A stretch of 46,704 nucleotides of DNA from a virus (lineage: Duplodnaviria > Caudoviricetes): IMG/VR virus record IMGVR_UViG_3300049012_000012, positions 1-46,704 of that record. One strand, written 5' to 3'. The number at the start of each line of letters is the position of its first letter. The first letter of the stretch is position 1. The notes beneath the pieces are model-generated. The model saw only the letters and a list, made by a program, of their open reading frames with translations, did not search any database and was not told where the DNA came from. The position numbers and the translations under genes were made by a program. Positions 9,791 through 16,814 of this stretch are shown here, piece after piece.

Positions 9791-10281
9791 TTCAAGGCCT
9801 CCCGCACTGCGGTGTTGATCTCGGTCCGGATGACAGGCTCCATGTCCGTCAGCGCGCTGCGCAGGAACGAACGCACCGGGAGGTCAACCCTGCGGCTGAA
9901 GCTGCCGACCTGCACCTGCACCGGGGTGATGGACTTGCCGAACGCCTGCTTGACGGTGCGCAGATGCGACTTGACCGTGACGTTCCCCTTGAACCCGAAC
10001 TCATGCGGGCGGGCGTACACCACGTTCGTGCCCACCGTGCCTTCGGGCCGGTCGGGGTTGGTCATCACGGTGCGGCCGTTGATGCTGCGGCGCAGCCGGC
10101 CGGTGCGAACGTTCAGCACCTGCCCTGAGAGCTTGTTGCCCTTGACGTTCCGCACCAGCATCAGGACCAAGCGCCCGATGGAGCGGCGCAGGTTCTCTTG
10201 CAGCTTGGGGGCCTTCTGGCCCATAGCTGCCGCTACCTCGTTACCGTAGAGGATCTCCCCCTTGAGGAGCGGGTTCGTCAC
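9787..10281 (-). CDS. Neck / tail completion protein (HK97 gp10-like, virion morphogenesis)
   Basis: VRTGRLRRSI, VGTNVVYARPHEFG and P.RSFL motifs. Confidence 0.85.
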   Translation of the reverse strand: MTNPLLKGEILYGNEVAAAMGQKAPKLQENLRRSIGRLVLMLVRNVKGNKLSGQVLNVRTGRLRRSINGRTVMTNPDRPEGTVGTNVVYARPHEFGFKGNVTVKSHLRTVKQAFGKSITPVQVQVGSFSRRVDLPVRSFLRSALTDMEPVIRTEINTAVREALK

Positions 10282-10829
10282 AGCGGGGCCGTCCGCCTGT
10301 AGTTGACGAGCATGCGCTTCATGTCGGTGGTCAGATCGTTCCGGTAGAAGCTGATCGATTCACCTGCCAGCGACTTGCTGCTGACGCCGATGCGGTCGCC
10401 TCGACCGTTCTTCATGCGGCCTGACACGAGCTCGATGCAGACCTGCTCCACCTCGGCGGGCGTGGTGACGTACCCGGCCGTGTAGCTGATCTCGACGTTG
10501 CCCGCACCGCGCGCGAACTTGAACCCACGCAGCTGGAGCAGGTTGCCCATGAGGATGTATCCATCCACGTTCCAGGCGGTCGACAGCGGGATGACCACGC
10601 CATCGATCTTGAGGGACGCCACGGCAGTGACCGGGGCGTTGCGAAGAAGGAGGGTGACACCTCCAGGGCCGTTGCGCACTTCGTTGTACGCGGCTTGAGC
10701 GAACGTGCGGTTGCACCACGTTTCGATGAACTCCGACGCGGCGTTGATGAGCCGCGTGTACAGAGCGTCGTTCGTGTTGCTGGTCACTTCCAGCCACTGC
10801 TTGACGTTGGCGAGGGTGGTCAGGGCCAT
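10278..10829 (-). CDS. Head-tail adaptor / connector protein
   Basis: LTTLANVKQWL..D..LINAASEFIETWCNR, NVEISYTAGY..P and GESISF, which are gp6/gp15-like. Confidence 0.87.
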   Translation of the reverse strand: MALTTLANVKQWLEVTSNTNDALYTRLINAASEFIETWCNRTFAQAAYNEVRNGPGGVTLLLRNAPVTAVASLKIDGVVIPLSTAWNVDGYILMGNLLQLRGFKFARGAGNVEISYTAGYVTTPAEVEQVCIELVSGRMKNGRGDRIGVSSKSLAGESISFYRNDLTTDMKRMLVNYRRTAPL

Positions 10830-10877
10830 TGGGGTGTCACCAGTTGGGTTTTCAGGGTAGGGCGCGCGTCCGGCAAA

Positions 10878-11090
10878 TCAGGCCGCAGCTGCGCTTTTGC
10901 CCTTGGGGGTAGGCGTGGGGGTAGGCGGGGTCACTTGCACGTACCCCAGGTGCCCCAACAGCTGCCCGTAGTCACCTGCGTCCGGCAGCACCAGCGCCCG
11001 GCCGTCCGGGGTGTCGGTGAAGCTGTAGAACGCCCCGCCCACGAACAGGCCAGCGCCGTCCGCGTCCTTGGGAACCTTGAAGACTTGCAT
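10878..11090 (-). CDS. Small putative virion protein with a Pro/Thr-rich tail (70 aa)
   Basis: ATG at 11090 overlaps the upstream TGA; MQVFKVPKDADGAGLFVGG...PPTPTPTPK. Confidence 0.65.
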   Translation of the reverse strand: MQVFKVPKDADGAGLFVGGAFYSFTDTPDGRALVLPDAGDYGQLLGHLGYVQVTPPTPTPTPKGKSAAAA

Positions 11091-11305
11091 CACTTGGCTT
11101 TCGTCGGCTTGGCAGGCGCGGGTGCAGGCGCGGGTGCAGGCGCGGGTGCAGGCGCGGGTGCAGGCGCGTCGGTGGTGAAGCCGTGCGCCAGCAGCGCGCT
11201 CACGGCCTCGTGCGGCACGGTTACGAAACCGTCTTCCGCCTCGTACACGACACCATCGTGGGAGCAGCTGGTGCAGCCCTCGGGTGCCTTCAGAATCGCT
11301 TCCAT
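11090..11305 (-). CDS. Small putative head-associated protein with a (Pro-Ala)n tail
   Basis: 71 aa, GAAGGAGA RBS, first gene after the capsid gene. Confidence 0.75.
   Translation of the reverse strand: MEAILKAPEGCTSCSHDGVVYEAEDGFVTVPHEAVSALLAHGFTTDAPAPAPAPAPAPAPAPAPAKPTKAK
11112..11168. repeat. 12-bp tandem repeat (GCAGGCGCGGGT) x4.75 encoding PAPA repeats
   Basis: Perfect tandem copies read directly from the sequence. Confidence 0.95.
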
Positions 11306-11323
11306 CTAGTCTCTCCTTCAAGT

Positions 11324-11350
11324 GGAAAGACCCCGGCCGAAGCCGGGGCC
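11324..11350 (-). terminator. Intrinsic terminator after the major capsid gene
   Basis: Minus strand CCCCGGC-TTCG-GCCGGGG followed by TCTTTCC. Confidence 0.75.
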
Positions 11351-11370
11351 TGAGGTCACGCCGTGGCTGG

Positions 11371-12990
11371 TCAGCCGTTGGCGATGTTGGTGATCACGCC
11401 CATGCCGAACGGCACGTAGACGGCCAGGACTTCTTCGGCGTACACCCCGAACTCCTGGGCACGCGTGCGAAGCGGCCAGTCGATCTGGTAGTAGTCGACG
11501 CGGGTCTTGACCTCGGCCACGGCCGGGACATGGTGCGACTGGTACTGAGCCGGGAGCTCTTCGCACCAGCCCAGGATCGTGCCGGCCGGCAGGGTCGGGT
11601 GCAGCATGATGGGGATCTTCGTGCCGCCGTTCATCGCGAACGGGTTGAAGTACCAGCCCACCACGCCACCCATGACCATGTTGCCGAAGCCACCGGTCGG
11701 CGAAGCCTGGATCTGGAGCAGCGACGTGTTCGACGGGCCCTGGAGCGCCTTCTTCGAGATGTTGTCGAGCTCCTGCGCGTTGACGTAGATCACCGTCGGC
11801 GACAGCTGGTAGGTGTCCCACATGCTGCGCAGCATTTCGTCGATCTCGTTGATCGTGCCGCGCGACGAGGCCGTCAGAACCGTGCCCGTGCCGGGAGTGC
11901 CGGTGGCCATGACCTTGACGTAGGCGCCCGAACCCGCCTTCAGGGCCGTGTACAGCAGGCCGTTGAACGCAAGGCTGTTCTGCGACTTGTCGCCAGCGGT
12001 GACCGCCGAAGCCAGCTGACCGGTGCCGGCAAGCGCCGCAGCGAACGTGGCCGAGTTGATCGTGGTGATCTTCTCGAGGCGCTCGGCGCCGGCAGCACCG
12101 ACGAACCACGCGTACGCGACCGCGCCAGTGATGGCCGTGGTCGAGGCCGACAGGGTCTGGCCCAGCGTGACCGCCTGCGTTGCAGCGACCGACTTGACCG
12201 ACGAGCCGCCGTTCAGGGTGTAGGTCTGACCATCGGCGCCCGTGATGACCGACGACAGCGGGATGCCCGCAGCCAGCGATGCACCGCGATAGCCTTCACC
12301 CGTCAGCGCCACCACGATGACCGAGTAGGTCAGCGCAGGCAGCGTTGCACCGGCACCGGCAGCCGACAGGGTCGGGGTCGCCGGGGTGCCCAGGGCCACG
12401 CCGTTCAGGTTGCCCATCAGCAGCGCGTTCTCTTCCTTGAGCATCATCTTCTGGAGGACGCGCATGGATGCGGTCGAACGCACGTCTTCGAACGTACGGC
12501 CGGCGCTGATCGCCTCAAAGGTGACCTGGTCTTCTTCGCCGATCGTCTTGTACGACGCGGCGACGTCATCGACCGAGTAGCTCATGCGCCCGGTGCGCTG
12601 ACCTTCCGGCACCCAACCCATGGAGTCGAAGCCGGAGCCGACGATGGCGCGGATGGTCTTCCAGTTGGTGGCAGTACCGACGCCACCGCTGTTGCGGGCC
12701 AGCTTGTTGCGGATCGGCGTGTTCACCGGGTACAGGTTCTTCGCCGGGGCTTGCAGGTCAAACGGCACGAGGCCGGTGGCCGTGGTCACGGTCTTCTGAA
12801 GATCTTCGGCTCCCTTGGAGAGGGCTCCCTTCATCAGATCCATGGTCTCCTTGGTGACGGCCAGCGGTGCGTTGGCCAGCATGAACCCGCCGATGGCGGC
12901 TTCCGGGCTGACGCCGAACACGGCAGCCAGGGTGCCAATGACGGCGAGGGCGCCGAGCATCAGCCAGTTGGAACGGAGGAACGATTGCAT
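11371..12990 (-). CDS. Major capsid protein with an N-terminal hydrophobic leader and an internal insertion domain
   Basis: 539 aa; follows the protease gene; GLVPFDLQAPAKNLYPVNTPIRN, YKTIGEEDQVTFEA and C-terminal VYAEEVLAVY.PFGMGVITNI; AGGAG RBS just upstream of the ATG at 12990; terminator downstream. Confidence 0.88.
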   Translation of the reverse strand: MQSFLRSNWLMLGALAVIGTLAAVFGVSPEAAIGGFMLANAPLAVTKETMDLMKGALSKGAEDLQKTVTTATGLVPFDLQAPAKNLYPVNTPIRNKLARNSGGVGTATNWKTIRAIVGSGFDSMGWVPEGQRTGRMSYSVDDVAASYKTIGEEDQVTFEAISAGRTFEDVRSTASMRVLQKMMLKEENALLMGNLNGVALGTPATPTLSAAGAGATLPALTYSVIVVALTGEGYRGASLAAGIPLSSVITGADGQTYTLNGGSSVKSVAATQAVTLGQTLSASTTAITGAVAYAWFVGAAGAERLEKITTINSATFAAALAGTGQLASAVTAGDKSQNSLAFNGLLYTALKAGSGAYVKVMATGTPGTGTVLTASSRGTINEIDEMLRSMWDTYQLSPTVIYVNAQELDNISKKALQGPSNTSLLQIQASPTGGFGNMVMGGVVGWYFNPFAMNGGTKIPIMLHPTLPAGTILGWCEELPAQYQSHHVPAVAEVKTRVDYYQIDWPLRTRAQEFGVYAEEVLAVYVPFGMGVITNIANG

Positions 12991-13030
12991 ATGAACTCCT
13001 GGGGTTCGAAAGGTGTGAAACGGGGTTGGG

Positions 13031-14461
13031 TTAGCCGACGATGCGCTTGTTCTGGGAGAAGACCTTCTTCATCTCGTACTGAGCGCGCTCATGGGTGCCT
13101 TCCGGCGGAGGGGTTTCGGCCACGACCGCAGTCGGTTCATCCGGCAGCGTGTCCTGAGCCTTGGTGATGGACATGGCCTTCAGCAGCGCCTTTCCGGGCG
13201 CAGGCTGCTTGGCGAACTTGTCGAGCTTTGCCTTGAGCTCTTCGTTTTCCTTTCCGAGCTCTGTGAGCTTCAGGTTGAGCGGCGCAATCGCTTTGTTGAT
13301 CGAGTCCTGAACGGGGTCGGGGATACCATTGGTATCGGCCTCCTCCGGTGCAGGCGCATTGTCGTTCGTCGCGGACTTCTCCGCGTCGTCGTTGTACCCC
13401 AGTCCGTCCAGGTGGGCCGTGGCCTCCTTGCACGCGCCGTGGATCTTGCTGAGCATGGTCTTCGTGCTCTTGCTGAATCGTGCCCCTGCCTTGGCGAGCG
13501 CCTCCTCACCAATGGCTTCCGCCTTGGCAGCCTTCACCGTGGAGGTCAGGCCGTTCATGGTGTTGCAGAACTCGTCCACCTCTTCCTTCGCCATGGCCGA
13601 GAAGATGGACAGGCCGGACTTCATCCAGGCCACGATCTGCGCCGGCACGGGGCTGCCGTCCTTCTCGTAGCTGGCTTCCCAGGTGGCGTCTTCCGCGAGG
13701 TAGCCGAGGCTGGTCAGGATTTCAGCGAAGCGGCTGACCGCGTACATGCCCTTCTGCACCACGTCCTCTGCCTGCACCGGTTCCTGGGGTTCACCCACCC
13801 CCTTAAGGGGGGTGACCTCAGGGGAACCGGTTGTGGCTGCCTTGGTGGCGTCCTCGACCGGTTCCGGTTCGTTGGAACCGGTTGCGAGCTCGGTGATACC
13901 GTCGGTTGCAGGAACGGCCTTGGCGTCCTGGATCATCTTCAGCAGCTGGCCCGGGGTGACCTCACCGTCGTCGAGCAGGGCTGCAAGTTCCTCGACCTCC
14001 TCCTCCGGCGTGATCTGGGCCTTCACCAGTTCGAACACGGCCTCGGGGTTGGCGGGACGGTCGACCAGGGACACCTCGTACAGCTTGATGGCCTTGATCG
14101 TGGTCTTCTTGAGCTTGTCGCGCTCGGTGACCTTGCCGCCGATGCTGAAGCCCTTGTACACGCCCGTCTCGACCTTCTTGACGGCCACAGGGTCGACCAC
14201 GTGTGCGCCGAACCACGTCTTGCCGTCGGCCTCCACGCTCATCTCGATGGCCGTGCCCGCTGCGCTGGGCTGGTGCATCTCACGGACAGCGCCGAACTTC
14301 ATGTAGTCCGGGATCGCGGCCTTCATGGCGTCAGGCGTGATGGTCTCGCCATCGCTGTCCTCGGCTCCGCTGGAAGCGTAGCCCCAGACCTTGATGGTGC
14401 CATCGTCCTGAGCCTCGGTCTTTGCGATCTCGGCGTACAGGGTCTTCTTGCGCTTGGTCAT
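13031..14461 (-). CDS. Prohead protease (HK97/XkdF-like) fused to a scaffold-like region
   Basis: VWGYAS..DSDGE, VREMH, YKGFSIGG and EVSLVDRPANPEA in the N-terminus; acidic and coiled-coil C-terminus. Confidence 0.9.
   Translation of the reverse strand: MTKRKKTLYAEIAKTEAQDDGTIKVWGYASSGAEDSDGETITPDAMKAAIPDYMKFGAVREMHQPSAAGTAIEMSVEADGKTWFGAHVVDPVAVKKVETGVYKGFSIGGKVTERDKLKKTTIKAIKLYEVSLVDRPANPEAVFELVKAQITPEEEVEELAALLDDGEVTPGQLLKMIQDAKAVPATDGITELATGSNEPEPVEDATKAATTGSPEVTPLKGVGEPQEPVQAEDVVQKGMYAVSRFAEILTSLGYLAEDATWEASYEKDGSPVPAQIVAWMKSGLSIFSAMAKEEVDEFCNTMNGLTSTVKAAKAEAIGEEALAKAGARFSKSTKTMLSKIHGACKEATAHLDGLGYNDDAEKSATNDNAPAPEEADTNGIPDPVQDSINKAIAPLNLKLTELGKENEELKAKLDKFAKQPAPGKALLKAMSITKAQDTLPDEPTAVVAETPPPEGTHERAQYEMKKVFSQNKRIVG
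13776..13883. repeat. Palindromic element with GGAACCGGT/ACCGGTTCC repeats inside the protease gene
   Basis: ACCGGTTCC 13776-13784, CCCCC-TTAA-GGGGG centred on 13803-13806, GGAACCGGT 13823-13831, further copies at 13857-13865 and 13874-13882. Confidence 0.75.
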
Positions 14462-16740
14462 ACGTTGTCCTCTTCGGTAAGTACGGGTAGGATGTCACAA
14501 CGGCAGTTGGGGTGCAGCGGAGGGCCATCACCACCGTCACCTGGGAACTCTTCGTCGAGCCCTACGATGACACCGTCTAGGTTGTTACAGTCGTCGCAGA
14601 ACTCGTCCTGCGCAATTATCCATTGCTTGCCCTCGACCACACCCGAGGCCTTGTAGCCCTCGAGGTTCCCTTGCACATCAGCATAGGCGGTCTCCGTGTT
14701 GGCGATGGTCTCTGCGCGCTCAGCACTGAAGGCGTACTCCTCGGCGAGAGCATCGGCCAGCTGCTTGTTGGACAGCCCTTCTTCGAGGGCGTCACCCACC
14801 GTCTCACGGAGCATGTCACGGGTGCTGTCCTCAAGCCCCTTGACCAGCTTCGCGCTGCGCTCACGTGCGTAGTCCACGGCACGGTCGTTGACCTGCTTCA
14901 GCTGGTCATTGGTGACCTCCGCCACGAGCTCAGCGAGCGCCACCTTACCTCCATCAGCGGCCATCTCAGTGAGGATCTCAGCGAGCTCAGGCGCGATGTC
15001 CTGGAGCTCCTCGAACGTGAGCTCGCTGATCAGCTTACGCGCCTTCTCGTCCGCCGTCACCCCCGCTTTGTACGCAGCCTCCTGCGGGAGCGTGAGCTTC
15101 GCCGCACGCTTGGCAACCTTTTCCAAGGCGGAGGTAACGACCTTCGTCAGCTGCGCGACGCTGCGCTTCACGGAGGCCCTGTTGCGGGACGCCACCTTTC
15201 GCAACGGCGCCCCCAGGAGTTTTCCCACCGGCTTGCCCGTACCTCCCACAGCAGGTTCACCGCCGGGTCCTGGCAGCATAGGCGGAGGCTCAGGCGGGTT
15301 CAGCTTTTCATCCTGCTCGGGGGTCAGCGGGTCACGGCCGAGCTCCTCACGCGCCTCATCCACCGTGACGATCTTGGCGGCCACGTAGCCGGTCAGCACG
15401 TCCATCTGCGTCTTGGGGTCTGTGTCCTGCTCCTCGTCCCAGCGGAACTCGAGGTCTTCGTACCCGAAGTACTTCCAGACCACGTAGTCGATCAGGCTCT
15501 TGACCCAATTCATGATCGGCAGCAGACCCTCCTGCAGCGCCGCTGCCTGAGCCGTGTCGGCCGTGGCGCGGTTCATCATCGCGACCAGTGACTGCGGGCT
15601 GATGCTGAAGGCGAAGCAAATCAGCCGCGCCAGCCACTCGTCCATCGGGTCCTTGAGGACCGTGTCCTTGGTCGGGTGGTACGCCATCGCGCTTGGCACG
15701 AACTTGGCATGACGACGCTGTGCCGTGTCGGTCATCACGCTGTCCCAGTACTCTTGGAACTCCCTGATCTGGTCGGTGTTCCAGTCCTCCGGCACGCCGA
15801 TCAACGCCTCGGGGATGTTGCCTTCGGTGTAGTACTGAAGCTGGTGGATCTGACGGCGCAGCGCGATGTTGACCGTCATCACGATCTGCTCGACAGGGCT
15901 GTAGCCGTACACCTTGTTCGTGCGTACGTTGCGCGGACGGTAGATCAACTCATCCCGGCTGTAGTCGACGGCCGGCATGCCCTTGAGGATCTGCTGGTAC
16001 GCAGGTTCCGGGGGCAGCGGCGTGCGGCCTGTGGCGTCGATGACGCGCTTGATGGTGCTGCCATCCACGAGCTCGAGCGCGTACAGGGTGCCGTCGTTGG
16101 TCGGGCGAGGGTACACCGTGGCTGCGTCCAGCACGAACATGTCCTCCAGCAGCGCGCGCAGCCACGTGTCGAAGTCATGCTCCTGGTCAGGGAACATGAA
16201 GAAGCTGGTGAGCTCCTCGACACGTGGGTCCGGCTTGGGCACCTCAGGCGCGTGCACCGGGGGCTTTTGGGGCGTCGGCAGGCCAGTGGCAGGGTCATGC
16301 TTAGGCGGCTCCGGCGGGGGCGCACTGGCAGCCTCCTTGGCCCGCTGCGCCCGCTCCTCAGCCTTGGCCTGCTTGGCAATGTTCTCCTTCACGCCGAAGG
16401 ACCACTTCATCTTGCCGATCTGGTCCTTGCGGGTCTCGATGACAAGCCGCAGCAAGTCATACGAGTCAGCGAGCGAGCGCATGACCGTGTAGTCGATGCC
16501 ATTGCCCTCGCCATCGCGCTGGGTGCGTACGATGTTCTGCGTGGGGCGATAGTCGTACTGCCGGCCCCGCGCTTGCTCTTGAGCGACGGGCGCCAGCGGG
16601 TCGCCGGGGCCGAACCACTCATCCTTGCGCTTGCCGGAGAGGACGTAGCGTACGCCCTCCTTGATGCGCGCGAGGATGCCTTCGTCGATCGGCACCTTGT
16701 TCTGTGACCCCTCGGCGGGGGCGCGTTTCGGTTCTGCCAC
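14458..16740 (-). CDS. Portal protein fused to a Mu gpF / SPP1 gp7-like minor head domain
   Basis: N-terminal portal motifs (LLEDMFVLDA, YGYSPVEQ, ICFAFSISP, TVDEAREELG); C-terminal RAETIANTET..KQW..C..C..LDG..PPLHPNCRC is a MuF signature. Confidence 0.92.
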   Translation of the reverse strand: MAEPKRAPAEGSQNKVPIDEGILARIKEGVRYVLSGKRKDEWFGPGDPLAPVAQEQARGRQYDYRPTQNIVRTQRDGEGNGIDYTVMRSLADSYDLLRLVIETRKDQIGKMKWSFGVKENIAKQAKAEERAQRAKEAASAPPPEPPKHDPATGLPTPQKPPVHAPEVPKPDPRVEELTSFFMFPDQEHDFDTWLRALLEDMFVLDAATVYPRPTNDGTLYALELVDGSTIKRVIDATGRTPLPPEPAYQQILKGMPAVDYSRDELIYRPRNVRTNKVYGYSPVEQIVMTVNIALRRQIHQLQYYTEGNIPEALIGVPEDWNTDQIREFQEYWDSVMTDTAQRRHAKFVPSAMAYHPTKDTVLKDPMDEWLARLICFAFSISPQSLVAMMNRATADTAQAAALQEGLLPIMNWVKSLIDYVVWKYFGYEDLEFRWDEEQDTDPKTQMDVLTGYVAAKIVTVDEAREELGRDPLTPEQDEKLNPPEPPPMLPGPGGEPAVGGTGKPVGKLLGAPLRKVASRNRASVKRSVAQLTKVVTSALEKVAKRAAKLTLPQEAAYKAGVTADEKARKLISELTFEELQDIAPELAEILTEMAADGGKVALAELVAEVTNDQLKQVNDRAVDYARERSAKLVKGLEDSTRDMLRETVGDALEEGLSNKQLADALAEEYAFSAERAETIANTETAYADVQGNLEGYKASGVVEGKQWIIAQDEFCDDCNNLDGVIVGLDEEFPGDGGDGPPLHPNCRCDILPVLTEEDNV

Positions 16741-16773
16741 TTGGGTTGCTCCTGTGTAGGGTGCCGTATTGTC

Positions 16774-16809
16774 GGGGCGCTAACCACCGCACGCAGAGGT
16801 TAGCGCCCC
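16774..16809. promoter_or_regulatory. 12-bp perfect inverted repeat upstream of the portal gene
   Basis: GGGGCGCTAACC (16774-16785), 12-nt spacer, GGTTAGCGCCCC (16798-16809); no U-tract. Confidence 0.6.
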
Positions 16810-16814
16810 TTAGC

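Noticed and set aside
11284-13167. Long antisense ORFs (627 aa here; also 13091-14656, 6717-8150 and 40548-41696)
   Set aside because: They are shadows of real genes on the opposite strand in high-GC DNA, with no motifs or RBS.
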